DNA of 53,188 nucleotides from NCBI GenBank assembly GCA_905215765.1, contig CAJMRP010000001.1, forward strand, positions 1 to 53,188, in the 5' to 3' direction. Shown piece after piece: positions 28,040 to 38,419 of this stretch. The notes beneath the pieces were generated by a model. It saw nothing but the letters and a program-made list of their open reading frames with translations, did no database searches and was not told the DNA's origin. The translations under genes and the position numbers were made by a program. The stretch is from an uncultured bacterium (GTDB lineage Bacteria > Actinomycetota > Coriobacteriia > Coriobacteriales > Coriobacteriaceae). How positions within the stretch are numbered: the stretch's first letter is position 1; every line of letters begins with the position of its first letter.

Positions 28040-28744
28040 GTGACCCGAACCATAGACATTCCAACGTTTCAGGCAGCGATCGTGCGCAACTGCTCTCCCA
28101 CGCTCGCGGGCATCAAGCCGGCATCGCTCTTTACCTATCCAGGCACCTACGCCCACGGGGACGGCTCGACCGCAACCGAAACCATCGCAGAACGCCGAGC
28201 ACGCCTGCTCAACGTTATCGCCCAGTGCAATCGCGAGCTTGACCCGTTCGGTATCCACCTGAGTGTTTTGGTCTGGCGGCCCTGCGGAGCGCTCGTGTAT
28301 ATGTACCGAGCCAAAAGCCTCACCACCTATTTCGCAGACCCTCGCGCCCAAACGGCGCTCGCCTCGGAAGGCTACGACACGAGAGACCTTTCGACATGCC
28401 TTGTGCATTTGGCATCACGCATCACGCTCGCGAGCAATAACGTCGCGGAATGCGCCTGTAGCCAGACTCGATGCGCACTACCCCAGCAAGCTAGCTGCAG
28501 CAACGACTGCACCTGCGAGTTTCCGCACGAAATAGGCTACTTCCTAGGATATCCCTACGACGACGTGCACGAGTTTATCGTCCAGCGCGGCGAGAACTAC
28601 AAGGTCTTTGGAGCTTGGAAGGTCTACACGAATGTCGAGCAAGCGCTTGCGATGTTTGACGCCTACCGCGCTTGCACTCAATACCTCACCTTTGTCTATC
28701 AGCAGGGCTGCAGCCTGGCGCAACTTGCCCAGGCAACCCGATAG
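28040..28744 (+). CDS. DUF3793 family protein
   Basis: CSPTLAGIKPASL, FPHEIGYFLGYP and GAWKVY motifs. Confidence 0.85.
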   Translation: MTRTIDIPTFQAAIVRNCSPTLAGIKPASLFTYPGTYAHGDGSTATETIAERRARLLNVIAQCNRELDPFGIHLSVLVWRPCGALVYMYRAKSLTTYFADPRAQTALASEGYDTRDLSTCLVHLASRITLASNNVAECACSQTRCALPQQASCSNDCTCEFPHEIGYFLGYPYDDVHEFIVQRGENYKVFGAWKVYTNVEQALAMFDAYRACTQYLTFVYQQGCSLAQLAQATR

Positions 28745-28790
28745 AACATAGAAGCCGCGGCAACCTGCCGCACAACTGAAAGGACTCAAC

Positions 28791-29210
28791 ATGAGCAAGA
28801 TCGCCGTCGTCTACTGGAGCGGCACGGGCAACACCGAGGTCATGGCAAACTTCGTTGCCGAAGGTGCAACCGATGCCGGTGCCGAGACCGAGGTCATCCC
28901 CTGCGCCGACTTCTCTGCCGACAAGGCCACCGAATATGATGCCTTCGCCTTCGGCTGCCCAGCCATGGGCTCTGAGGAACTCGAGTACGATGAGTTCCAG
29001 CCGATGTGGGACGAGGTTAAGGAGGCTCTCGGCGACAAGAAGGTCGTCCTCTTTGGCTCCTATTCGTGGGCCGAGGGCGAGTGGATGGACAACTGGAAGG
29101 GCGACGCCGACGAGGCCGGCGTCAACGTCGTAGACTCCACCATCTGCTACGACGCGCCCGACGACGAGGGCGAGGCGGCCTGCCGCGCCCTTGGAGCCGA
29201 GCTCGTCTAG
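28791..29210 (+). CDS. Short-chain flavodoxin
   Basis: VYWSGTGNTE, GCPAMGSEELE and LFGSYSW motifs. Confidence 0.92.
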   Translation: MSKIAVVYWSGTGNTEVMANFVAEGATDAGAETEVIPCADFSADKATEYDAFAFGCPAMGSEELEYDEFQPMWDEVKEALGDKKVVLFGSYSWAEGEWMDNWKGDADEAGVNVVDSTICYDAPDDEGEAACRALGAELV

Positions 29211-29266
29211 CGGCAATGAGCTCCGCCCGTAACGCGCTCTGCACCAAAACACATTCGCGTCCCAAC

Positions 29267-29302
29267 AAAAACGGGAGCCGGATCACATCCGGCTCCCGTT
29301 TT
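29267..29302. terminator. Bidirectional intrinsic terminator
   Basis: AAAAACGGGAGCCGGAT-CAC-ATCCGGCTCCCGTTTT between convergent genes. Confidence 0.8.
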
Positions 29303-29327
29303 CTGCTATGTCAGTCATATAAAACGG

Positions 29328-30080
29328 CTACGAAATATTGCCCAAGAACGCCTTGGTGCGCTCGCTCTTAGGATGGTCGAAGACCTCGCTCGGCGTACCC
29401 TCTTCCACAATGACGCCTCCGTCCATAAAGACGACGCGGTCGGCGACATCGCGGGCAAAGCCCATCTCGTGCGTCACGACGATCATGGTCATACCGTCGT
29501 GCGCCAGGTCGCGCATGACGCCCAAGACGTCGCGCACGAGCTCAGGGTCGAGCGCCGAGGTGGCCTCGTCAAAGAGCATGACGTGCGGGTTCATCGACAG
29601 GGCGCGGGCGATGGCAACGCGCTGCTGCTGGCCGCCCGAGAGCTGGCTCGGCATAAAGTCGATACGCTCGGCAAGACCGACCTTGGTCAGCTCCTCGACG
29701 GCGATCTTCTCGGCCTCTTCCTTGCTGCGCTTGAGCACCTTCTGCTGCGCGAGCATGACGTTCTTTTTGACTGAGAGGTGCGGGAACAAATTGAACTGCT
29801 GGAACACCATACCCAGATGCGTGCGCACCTTGTTAAGGTCGACGCCCTTGGCGCACACGTCCACACCCTCGACGATAATCGAGCCGCTCGTGGGATGCTC
29901 CAGACGATTGATGCAGCGAAGCATTGTCGACTTGCCCGAGCCCGAGGGGCCCAAGACCACAACGACCTCACCCTTGTGCACATCCAGATCGATATCGCGC
30001 AGGACCACGTTGTCGCCAAAGGCCTTCTGGAGGTTCTTGATACTGACGACGACCTCGTTCGAGTTATTGGTTTCGCTCAT
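29328..30080 (-). CDS. Polar amino acid ABC transporter ATP-binding protein
   Basis: [34 protein letters not shown] and VTHEM motifs. Confidence 0.93.
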   Translation of the reverse strand: MSETNNSNEVVVSIKNLQKAFGDNVVLRDIDLDVHKGEVVVVLGPSGSGKSTMLRCINRLEHPTSGSIIVEGVDVCAKGVDLNKVRTHLGMVFQQFNLFPHLSVKKNVMLAQQKVLKRSKEEAEKIAVEELTKVGLAERIDFMPSQLSGGQQQRVAIARALSMNPHVMLFDEATSALDPELVRDVLGVMRDLAHDGMTMIVVTHEMGFARDVADRVVFMDGGVIVEEGTPSEVFDHPKSERTKAFLGNIS

Positions 30081-30092
30081 GATAGGACCTCC

Positions 30093-31454
30093 TTACAGAC
30101 CGGCGATGTGATCGGCAGGCGTCGCGACAACCTGTCCGGCGCTCTTGGCGGGACGCTTCTTCTTGGTCTCGGTCGTGCCCAAAAGCCTCGCCTCAAGACC
30201 GCTCACCAAGCGAGCGAGCGGCAGGGTGATGACCAGATAGAACAGGGCGGCAACCACGTACGGTGTAATGGAGCCCGTCGTGGCCACGATGGTACGGGCG
30301 TTCATGACGATCTCGACCACACCCACGGCGGCAAGCAGCGACGTATCCTTGTAAAGCAAGATAAACTCGCTGGTCAGCGTAGGCAAAACATTGCGGAACG
30401 TCTGCGGAATCATAACGTAGAGCAGCGTCTGGAAGGCATTCATGCCCAGAGAGCGAGCAGCCTCGTTTTGGCCCTTGGGGATTGATTGAATACCGGCACG
30501 GAAGATCTCGCACAGATAGGCAGACGAATTCATGGCCATGACGATGACGCCGAGCACGTAGTCATCAACCTTGACGCCGGCCAACGGCAGACCGAAGAAC
30601 GCGATATAGATCTGCAGGAACGCCGGCGTACCGCGAATGATATTCACGTAGATACCGGCAAGGCAGCGCAGGATGCGCGACTTGGAAATGCGCATGAGCG
30701 ATAGGGCGAAACCGAAGGGAATTGCCAGCGGAAACGCCACAAGCACGATCGAGAGCGACATGAGGAAGCCCTTGAAGACGATCGGCAGGCTCTGGACCAA
30801 AATGACCGGGTTCAAGAACAGGCGCAGGAACATATTGGAGTTCCAAGCCTCGACCCACGGCTGCTCCTTAAGGTCGGCCAAGAAGTTATCGAAGGCCGTC
30901 ACGCCCTTGATCTCCACCGACGGAATCTTGGAGATCTTCTTGGTCGAGCCATCGGCCAAAGTGTAGGTGCCGCTAAAGGCCTCATCGCCGCCCTCGACGG
31001 GAAACGTCACACCATAAACCTCGACACGGAAAAAGCCGCCGGCAGGCGCCGTCTCGCCAAAGTCAATCTTGAGCGTCTGGCCGTCAGCCTTGCACGTGGG
31101 TTTCATGGGCGTACGATCCATGAGGTCCTCGCCCGAGAGCATCGTCAATCGCGTGTCATCGGTACCAAATGTCGTGCCGTCGACAAACGTCAAAGAAAGA
31201 CCGCTCAGCTCCTCGTCGGCATCGGCCTGAACTTCCCAGGTAATGCGCGTCTCGGTGCCGCCGACCACATCGCTGCCCGAACCGGTGTTGGGTCGGGCGG
31301 TAATCTTTGCGGTCTCAAGCGCCTGGGCGGTCGTGGGCGCATATGCCCCCGCGCACACCAGCGCGAGCGCCACGGCCATGACGCAGACTAGCTTTTGGAG
31401 CAAGGCGGGCAGTGGAAAACGCTGCTCCGCGGCCCCTTTGTTCAGTCGAGACAA
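30093..31454 (-). CDS. Polar amino acid ABC permease with N-terminal extracytoplasmic domain
   Basis: RGTP, SSAYLCEIFRAGI, GQNEAARSLG and KDTSL motifs; start uncertain (TTG after AGGAG). Confidence 0.85.
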   Translation of the reverse strand: MSRLNKGAAEQRFPLPALLQKLVCVMAVALALVCAGAYAPTTAQALETAKITARPNTGSGSDVVGGTETRITWEVQADADEELSGLSLTFVDGTTFGTDDTRLTMLSGEDLMDRTPMKPTCKADGQTLKIDFGETAPAGGFFRVEVYGVTFPVEGGDEAFSGTYTLADGSTKKISKIPSVEIKGVTAFDNFLADLKEQPWVEAWNSNMFLRLFLNPVILVQSLPIVFKGFLMSLSIVLVAFPLAIPFGFALSLMRISKSRILRCLAGIYVNIIRGTPAFLQIYIAFFGLPLAGVKVDDYVLGVIVMAMNSSAYLCEIFRAGIQSIPKGQNEAARSLGMNAFQTLLYVMIPQTFRNVLPTLTSEFILLYKDTSLLAAVGVVEIVMNARTIVATTGSITPYVVAALFYLVITLPLARLVSGLEARLLGTTETKKKRPAKSAGQVVATPADHIAGL

Positions 31455-31571
31455 GGTGGCTCCTATCGTAGAAGTTGCCGGCAAAACGAGACGGAAACGC
31501 TCTCCGTCAAGAGAAGCGCAAAGGCCCTCTCCGCAAAACGGAAAGGGCCCGCGCGCAATCAAGTAGTTATT

Positions 31572-32432
31572 TTACTTGATGTTGTACTTAGCCATGAGGG
31601 CGTCGACGGTACCGTCGTCGGTCAGGTCCTTGATGGCCTGGTTGATGTCATCCTTGAGCTTGGTGTTGCCCTGGTTGATGGCAATGGCGTACTCCTCGCC
31701 GGTGCTAATCTGCTTGATGGTCTGGCAGGTGTTGAACTGCTCGGCGGTCAGCTGGCTGGCAACGGAGCGGTTGGTGACTACAGCGTCGCCCTTATCGGAC
31801 TGCAGGGCGCTGAAGCACTCGGTAGCGTCCTTGTAGGGGACAATCTTGGCCTTGGGGAAGTTCTCCTGGGCAAAGGACTCGGCGGTCGAGCCAGACTGGA
31901 CGATGATGGTAGCGTCGGAATTGTTGAGCTTCTCGCTGTAGTTATCGGCCGTGATGTCGGTGTTATCGACCTTGGTCACGATAGCCTGATCGTCCATGTA
32001 GTAGGAATCAGAGAAAGTGACTTCCTTCTCACGCTCGGGCGTGTCAGTGATAGCCGCGATGGAAACGTCATACTTGGCGCCCGAAGCGACGCCCGGAACC
32101 AGCGTGTCAAAGTCATTGTTGACATACTCGACATCCAGGCCCAGCTTGTCGCCGATAGCCTTGATGAGCTCAAGGTCAAAGCCCTGATAATCGCCGTTGT
32201 CATCTTTGTACTCAAACGGAGCGTACTCGGCAGAGGTGCCGACGGTGAGCGTACCGTCCTTGACGAGCGCATACTCCTTGGAGCCGTCGACCTTCTCGAC
32301 CTTAGCGTCGTCAGAGCTGCTGGAACCGGCATCAGAACCAGAGGTGGCGTTGGACGAGCCGCAGCCCGTCAGAGCGAGGGCGAGCGCCATAGCACCCGTG
32401 GCGGCAAATGCGCCAAGCTTCTTCAGCTTCAT
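31572..32432 (-). CDS. Polar amino acid ABC substrate-binding lipoprotein
   Basis: Lipobox LTGC; YAPFE, GFDLEL and FSDSYY motifs. Confidence 0.92.
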   Translation of the reverse strand: MKLKKLGAFAATGAMALALALTGCGSSNATSGSDAGSSSSDDAKVEKVDGSKEYALVKDGTLTVGTSAEYAPFEYKDDNGDYQGFDLELIKAIGDKLGLDVEYVNNDFDTLVPGVASGAKYDVSIAAITDTPEREKEVTFSDSYYMDDQAIVTKVDNTDITADNYSEKLNNSDATIIVQSGSTAESFAQENFPKAKIVPYKDATECFSALQSDKGDAVVTNRSVASQLTAEQFNTCQTIKQISTGEEYAIAINQGNTKLKDDINQAIKDLTDDGTVDALMAKYNIK

Positions 32433-32579
32433 AATAAATCTCCTTCCGGTGACCTCGTTTGATTCAGAGGTCTGCAAAAACTGTTGGCTATTATGCACCC
32501 GGAATTACGAATCTGCAATGAGAAAACTGATTGAAACAAACCCATAACGTGAATTGAATACTCTACTTTGTGACAGTCG

Positions 32580-33446
32580 TTACTGCTGCAATGACCTTAA
32601 TAGTCTAATTTCAGCTGCATAACCTGCAAGTTCGTTCGGAGTCTCCAAAATAAACGGCAGCGAACGCAAACGGCCATTAGATACAATATTCTGCATAACC
32701 TGCATACCGCCACCAAATTCCTCGCTGCCAAGGTATCCCTTGCCGATGCACTCGTGACGATCTTTATGGGCGCCACAAGGGTTCTTCGAATCGTTGATGT
32801 GTACGGCATGCAAGCGATCGGTACCCACCACGCGGTCGAACTCGTCGAGTACGCCGTCCAGATCATGGATGATGTCGTAGCCGGCATCGCTCACATGGCA
32901 GGTGTCCAAACAAACGCCCAGCTTATCGGACAGCTCTGGGCGCTTGGCGGCAACGCCCTCGATAATGCACGCCAGTTCTTCAAAGCTACGGCCCACCTCG
33001 GTGCCCTTGCCCGCCATGGTCTCGAGCAATACCGTCGTCTGCTGTCCCTCAAACATCACCTGGCACAGCGTGTCGACAATCATCTGAATGCCGGCGTCTG
33101 CCCCCTGTCCCACATGCGCACCGGGGTGGAAGTTGTAGTAGTTGCCGGGCAGTGCTTCCAGACGCTGCAAGTCCTCGGCCATTGCCTCCAAGGCAAACTC
33201 GCGCGCCCGCTCTTTGGCAGAACAGGGGTTGTAGGTATACGGGGCATGCGCCACCAGCGGTCCAAAGTCGTTTTGCGCCATAAGCTCGCGCAGAGCCGCC
33301 ACGTCATCCATGTCAAGTTCTTTTGCCTTGCCACCGCGCGGGTTGCGCGTAAAGAACGCAAAGGTATTGGCGCCAATGGACAGCGCCGTCTCCCCCATTG
33401 CCCGATAGCCCTTCGTCGTCGAAAGATGACACCCGATCGTCAGCAT
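32580..33446 (-). CDS. nfo: Endonuclease IV
   Basis: [37 protein letters not shown] and ILETP motifs. Confidence 0.93.
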   Translation of the reverse strand: MLTIGCHLSTTKGYRAMGETALSIGANTFAFFTRNPRGGKAKELDMDDVAALRELMAQNDFGPLVAHAPYTYNPCSAKERAREFALEAMAEDLQRLEALPGNYYNFHPGAHVGQGADAGIQMIVDTLCQVMFEGQQTTVLLETMAGKGTEVGRSFEELACIIEGVAAKRPELSDKLGVCLDTCHVSDAGYDIIHDLDGVLDEFDRVVGTDRLHAVHINDSKNPCGAHKDRHECIGKGYLGSEEFGGGMQVMQNIVSNGRLRSLPFILETPNELAGYAAEIRLLRSLQQ

Positions 33447-33461
33447 CTCCAGCTCTCCCTT

Positions 33462-33541
33462 ATCAGTTGCGGTGAAATACGGTCTATTGGTGCCCTATTT
33501 TGGCGCAAACAGACCGTATTCCACCGCAAGTTATAAAAGGG
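33462..33541. repeat. 80-bp hairpin repeat, copy 1
   Basis: TTGCGGTGAAATACGGTCT...AGACCGTATTCCACCGCAAGTTATAAAAGGG; homologous to 34630-34709. Confidence 0.8.
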
Positions 33542-33598
33542 GCATCAGGGGCAAAGGCCTCCAAGGCATTCCAGGCGCTGGCGCCATGCCCCCACGCA

Positions 33599-34618
33599 CT
33601 AAAGTTTCAAGCGAATCGCATCGATAATGCGCGCGCAGCGCTGCGTGGCGGCAAGGGGCATGACGGGACTCTCGAGTTTCCCCGCCCGGATGAGCTGGGT
33701 CGCATGCTGGATTTCGCCGTAGAAATCATCGATCTCAAACGGGGCATTTATTTCGAGCGTTCGACCGTCGGAATACTTCACATGGGCGAGCTCGGGGCGA
33801 TGGAGACGCTCGATTTCCAACAAGCCTCGCTCACAGACAATCGTTAAGCGGCTTTCATATGTTGCTTTGCCGTCGCACACCATATGAATGGGTATACCGC
33901 CGACGCTCATACGGATCTCGTCGGCCCAATCGACGCGGCCGCCCGATACGTCACGCCAGCGAACTTCACGGGATGAAACCTCGCACGCGCCCGCGAGCAA
34001 ATCCTCAAACCAACCGACCGCATAGCAGCCCATGTCATATAGACAGCCGCCCTGCAACGAATCAAGCAGATAGCCCGAAGGAGGCTCGCCGTAATCGAGC
34101 TTTTGCACGCTTTCAATCGAGACAATACGGCCAAGCTCACCCGACGCAAGCAAGTCCTTCACGCGAGTGCGCATCGGGCAAAACCGATTCTTCATCGCCT
34201 CCATAAACAGCACGCCGCGCTCACGAGAGGTGGAGACAATCGAGAGAGCCTCTTCCTCACTCAAAACGGCCGGCTTTTCGCACAGCACGGCCTTTCCGGC
34301 GCGCAGCGCGCGACAGGCCCAACGCGTATGCATGCCATGCGGAAGAGCCAAGTAGATTGCGTCGACATCGGGGTCGGCAATCAGCGCGTCATAAGCCGCA
34401 TTGCCGTTATCGTCGACCGAGGCGTGGCCATGCGCAGCATCGATCGAAAACGCTCGGCAAAATTCCTCGACATGTGCAGGAGTGCGACCGGCCGCAGCCA
34501 CCAGCCGTGCCCCGTCGACCTTCTTGAGCGACGATGCAAATCGATGAGAAATGTGTCCGGCACCCAAAATGCCCCAACGAACCTCACGCGAATCATTACG
34601 TAAACCTCGGTCACCCAC
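33599..34618 (-). CDS. Gfo/Idh/MocA-family oxidoreductase
   Basis: WGILGAGHIS, VLCEKP and GGCLYDMGCY motifs. Confidence 0.88.
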   Translation of the reverse strand: MGDRGLRNDSREVRWGILGAGHISHRFASSLKKVDGARLVAAAGRTPAHVEEFCRAFSIDAAHGHASVDDNGNAAYDALIADPDVDAIYLALPHGMHTRWACRALRAGKAVLCEKPAVLSEEEALSIVSTSRERGVLFMEAMKNRFCPMRTRVKDLLASGELGRIVSIESVQKLDYGEPPSGYLLDSLQGGCLYDMGCYAVGWFEDLLAGACEVSSREVRWRDVSGGRVDWADEIRMSVGGIPIHMVCDGKATYESRLTIVCERGLLEIERLHRPELAHVKYSDGRTLEINAPFEIDDFYGEIQHATQLIRAGKLESPVMPLAATQRCARIIDAIRLKL

Positions 34619-34629
34619 GATAGCCTCCC

Positions 34630-34709
34630 ATCAGTTGCGGTGAAATAGTTCCTGTTTGGCCCCTATTCTGCCGCAAACAGGAACTATTCCACCGCAAGTT
34701 ATAAAAGGG
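34630..34709. repeat. 80-bp hairpin repeat, copy 2
   Basis: TTGCGGTGAAATAGTTCCT...AGGAACTATTCCACCGCAAGTTATAAAAGGG. Confidence 0.8.
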
Positions 34710-35900
34710 TCATGAGGAGCGCGTTTTGCCGAAGGCCTTAAGCACCGCCGTCACGGGACCAGGCTGGAAACGTCGGCGCACATCGTCGAGACGCTCGGGA
34801 ATATCGATGTGCTGCGGGCAGTGCCGCGCGCATTTGCCGCATTTGACGCAATTGCTCACCAACTTGGGCTCGCTTGTGCGCACCGCGCTCGCCGTAAAGT
34901 ATTGAGACAGCCCCGTAAACCAGCTGTGCGCATAGCTTGCGTTGTAGGCGGTAAAACATCCAGGGATATTGATGCCTTTAGGGCACGGCATGCAATAGCC
35001 GCATCCCGTGCAGGGCACGCGATTCGATTTTTCAAACTCATCCAGCACGTGCGCGATCGTGTCGAGCTGGTTGGCAGTCATCGAATTCGGCAACGCGAGG
35101 TCTGCCAGTGACGAATTCTCATCCACCTGCGCGGTATCGGTCATACCCGAAAGCAGCATCGTCACCTGAGGATGATTCCACACCCACGAAAGACCCCAGG
35201 CGGCAGGAGTGAGCAAATGCGGGTCACGGGCACTATCGAGCACAGCGCGGGCCCGTGGCGGCAGCTTGCCCGCTAAACGCCCGCCCAGCAGCGGCTCCAT
35301 CACAAACACCGCGAGCCCGCGCTCCGCGGCCGCCATGAGTCCTGCCGTTCCCGCTTGGTAACGCTCGCCGGCATAGTTGTACTGTATCTGGCAAAAATCC
35401 CAGTCATATGCGTCAAGCATCGTCAGGAAATCCACCGCGCTGCCGTGGTACGAAAAACCAATCTGGCGAATGCGCCCCGCCGCCTTTTGACACGCGATCC
35501 AGTCCTCAATGCCCAACGCCACCACACGTTCCCACTGGGCGGGCGAGGTAATGTTATGCATGAGGTAATAGTCGATATGGTCGGTCCGCAGGCGCCGCAG
35601 TTGCTCATCGAAGAACCGGTCGAAATCCTCCGCGCACTTGCACGAAGCATGCGGCAACTTGGTCGCCAGCAACACCCGGTCACGCAGCCCCAAGCGCTCA
35701 AGCGAGGCGCCCACGCACGCCTCGTTACCGGGATAGAGATACGCGGTGTCCAGATAATTAATCCCCTGCTCCACCGCACGGGAAATGATGGCATCGACTG
35801 TCTTCGCATCGGGGTGTCCCGGCGCACCGGGAAACCTCATGCAGCCCAGACCCAGAGCGGATATTCGGTTACCACTTTTGGGGTCAACGCGGTATTGCAC
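34710..35900 (-). CDS. Aldo/keto reductase with C-terminal 4Fe-4S domain
   Basis: LGLGCMRFP, LDTAYLY, CTGCGYCMPCP and CVKCGKCARHCPQ motifs; GTG after GGAGG. Confidence 0.88.
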   Translation of the reverse strand: MQYRVDPKSGNRISALGLGCMRFPGAPGHPDAKTVDAIISRAVEQGINYLDTAYLYPGNEACVGASLERLGLRDRVLLATKLPHASCKCAEDFDRFFDEQLRRLRTDHIDYYLMHNITSPAQWERVVALGIEDWIACQKAAGRIRQIGFSYHGSAVDFLTMLDAYDWDFCQIQYNYAGERYQAGTAGLMAAAERGLAVFVMEPLLGGRLAGKLPPRARAVLDSARDPHLLTPAAWGLSWVWNHPQVTMLLSGMTDTAQVDENSSLADLALPNSMTANQLDTIAHVLDEFEKSNRVPCTGCGYCMPCPKGINIPGCFTAYNASYAHSWFTGLSQYFTASAVRTSEPKLVSNCVKCGKCARHCPQHIDIPERLDDVRRRFQPGPVTAVLKAFGKTRSS

Positions 35901-36225
35901 GGCCCCTCCCCTCCCATCGAAGCCCTGACAAGGCGAAACAAACCCGTCACGCCATCGAAACACATCGGAATCGCAATTGAGAACGTATCGTAACGCAGCA
36001 GAAATCGAGCCGTCACGGCACCGCTTTAACATCAGCAAAAAGCCCAATGAAAGGAGCCGGGCATGACCACGCGCATGTCTTTGCGGTCTGCCCCGCGGCA
36101 TAAGCGCACAGCGCAATAGTTTCTTTTTATAACAGCCGCCCCGCGCACCCATCAATCACCCCGGCAGCATACAATCCATCAGGCGCCCCTTACGCGGGCG
36201 CCTTTTATATGGGGAGATGATTCAC

Positions 36226-37140
36226 ATGCAGATCAACAAGGTCGCCTTTATCGGCAAGGGCGGCGTCGGCCTGCTCTACGGCAGCATGATTGCCAAGGCC
36301 CTCGGCAATGACGCCGTCCAATACGTTATGGATGACGCCCGTTTTGAGCGTCACGCGGGCGATGCGCTCACCGTCAACGGAAAGCCTTGCGATCTCACGT
36401 CCGTCCGTGCCAGCGAGGCAGCGCCCGCCGATCTGGTCATCCTGACGGTCAAGACCACCGGTCTCGACCAAGCACTCAAGACTATGGAGCGTGTCGTGGG
36501 GCCCAACACGCTCATCGCCTCGCTGTGCAACGGCATTACGAGCGAGCAAAAGATTGCCGAACGCTTTGGCTGGGAGCATACCGTTCTTGGTATCTGCCAG
36601 GGCATGGACGCCGTGTTCCTCAACGGCGCGCTCACCTTTACCAATGCGGGCGAAATCCGCTTTGGCGCGGCGGCCGGCACGGACCCCGCAACCATCACCG
36701 CGATCGACGAGCTCTATACGCGCTGCGGCATCGCCCATACCGTCGAGCGCGATATTGCGCACCGCATGTGGGCCAAACTCATGCTCAACGACGGCATCAA
36801 CCAGACCTGCATGGCCTACGGCGGGACCTACGGAAGCGCCACGGAGCCGGGCTCCGAGCAGCGCCGCTGTTTTGTCTCCGCCATGCGCGAGACGCTTGCG
36901 GTTGCCAACGCCGAGAGCGTTGAGCTGACCGAAGCAGACCTGACGCAAATGGTGCACCTCATCGAGGGAATCGACCCCGCCGGTATGCCCTCAATGGCTC
37001 AAGACCGCATCGCGCAGCGCAAAACAGAGGTCGAGGAGTTCGCGGGCACCGTCCGCCGCCTCGCGGCCAAGCACGATATCCAGGTTCCGCAAAACGAGTG
37101 GCTCTATCGGCGCATCCGCGATATCGAGAAAAGCTGGTAG
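36226..37140 (+). CDS. panE: Ketopantoate reductase family protein
   Basis: IGKGGVG, LCNG, MWAKLMLN, PSMAQD and TEVE motifs. Confidence 0.8.
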   Translation: MQINKVAFIGKGGVGLLYGSMIAKALGNDAVQYVMDDARFERHAGDALTVNGKPCDLTSVRASEAAPADLVILTVKTTGLDQALKTMERVVGPNTLIASLCNGITSEQKIAERFGWEHTVLGICQGMDAVFLNGALTFTNAGEIRFGAAAGTDPATITAIDELYTRCGIAHTVERDIAHRMWAKLMLNDGINQTCMAYGGTYGSATEPGSEQRRCFVSAMRETLAVANAESVELTEADLTQMVHLIEGIDPAGMPSMAQDRIAQRKTEVEEFAGTVRRLAAKHDIQVPQNEWLYRRIRDIEKSW

Positions 37141-37173
37141 CGCCAACGCGCCACATTCAACAGCCTTAACAGC

Positions 37174-37212
37174 AAAACCGCCGCAAGGGAACCTTTCCCC
37201 TGCGGCGGCCTT
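37174..37212. terminator. Terminator hairpin between convergent genes
   Basis: AAAACCGCCGCAAGGGAA...TTCCCCTGCGGCGG. Confidence 0.6.
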
Positions 37213-37249
37213 CATCTTCGTCTATGACCGGCGGCCGATCTCACAACAG

Positions 37250-37456
37250 TTAGCGTTGCGACCCCGGCACCTCGTCCTCATCGTCGCGGCAAAGAACCAC
37301 GCCCGCGCTTCCCAGCAGTGCGGCCGCGATCAGCGCGCCGACCACGATAGGAGCAGTCCCGCATGTCCCCTGCATGCCCGCGACGAGCGCGACCGTGGGA
37401 CCAAGGCAGCCAAGCATCAACGCGACGGCGGCAACGGCAATATCTCGAGCATTCAC
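37250..37456 (-). CDS. Small two-TM hypothetical membrane protein
   Basis: GTG start after GAGGA; two hydrophobic segments and an acidic tail. Confidence 0.5.
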   Translation of the reverse strand: MNARDIAVAAVALMLGCLGPTVALVAGMQGTCGTAPIVVGALIAAALLGSAGVVLCRDDEDEVPGSQR

Positions 37457-37642
37457 AAGACCACTTCCTCCAAGAGAAAGACCTTATTTCTCAAGAACCA
37501 GTGTGCCCCGCATCCATACGCCCAGCGTACCGCCACGGTAAGGGCTCTGTTAACTCAAACGCATACATAGAACGGACGTCCTTACGTTGCCCTAAAGCTC
37601 GGTAAAGACGCCCGTCCGCCAAATATCCGTGATGCAGAACAA

Positions 37643-38419
37643 TTACCAGCCAGTGTAGTAGTCGGTGGTTCCGGCTGCGCAGCCGGAGTCATAGACCTTG
37701 CACTCGCCCTTGGAACCGGTAAACGTGGAACCCTGAGCCTTATCGCCCGCGGCCACGACATAGTAACCATCGGAATCGCGCCAAAAGCCCTCGGAATCCT
37801 GAGTCCACTCGCCCGTGCGGTGGTGATACAACACGTTGCTGCTGTAATAGGTCTCACGGCGGCCGTTATAGTTATTGACGCCGGTCGAGCGCGTCAGGCC
37901 CGAGCCGTTCGCGTAATACGCAGCAGGCGCGTAAGACGAACCGGAGCCGGCGTTGTAATACGAAGCCTGAACGGCCTCAGCGGCCTCGGCTTCGGCGGCC
38001 GCAGCCTCGAGCGCTTCGCGCTTGGCATCCTCAAGCGCAGTGCGCAGCTCATCGAGCTCGGTCGACTTGGCGTCGACCTCCCCCATCGTCAACAGGCTAC
38101 CCGCACCGTCGATACAGCCCTGCAGCACAGCGCGCTCGTCATCGGTGGCATAGTCGCCATACATATTCATGATGATCTGAGCGCGCATCTCCAGGGAATC
38201 GCGCTTGGCCTCCATCGAGGCGTTCCACTCCTGCATGGAACCATAACCATCGCCGCGATAGTCAACGGGCTGTACCAGCGTCGTCTCGGACGGCGTAGAT
38301 CCAACCGTATCGGACAATGTTGCCGCGTGGGCATCGGTTGCGCCGGCGCCCGCCAAAAGTGCCACGGTCAGAGCGGCGGAAAGGGCGGCGGCTTTCGGTT
38401 TTCGTGAATCGATCCTCAT
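37643..38419 (-). CDS. Secreted protein with helical stalk and C-terminal 3D-like domain
   Basis: Signal peptide (AHAA), Ala/Glu-rich linker, C-terminal VVAAGD...VYDSG...TDYY. Confidence 0.6.
   Translation of the reverse strand: MRIDSRKPKAAALSAALTVALLAGAGATDAHAATLSDTVGSTPSETTLVQPVDYRGDGYGSMQEWNASMEAKRDSLEMRAQIIMNMYGDYATDDERAVLQGCIDGAGSLLTMGEVDAKSTELDELRTALEDAKREALEAAAAEAEAAEAVQASYYNAGSGSSYAPAAYYANGSGLTRSTGVNNYNGRRETYYSSNVLYHHRTGEWTQDSEGFWRDSDGYYVVAAGDKAQGSTFTGSKGECKVYDSGCAAGTTDYYTGW

Noticed and set aside
32433..32579. ArgR boxes upstream of the amino-acid ABC operon
   Set aside because: AT-rich with partial TGAAT/ATGCA half-sites only; too weak to call.
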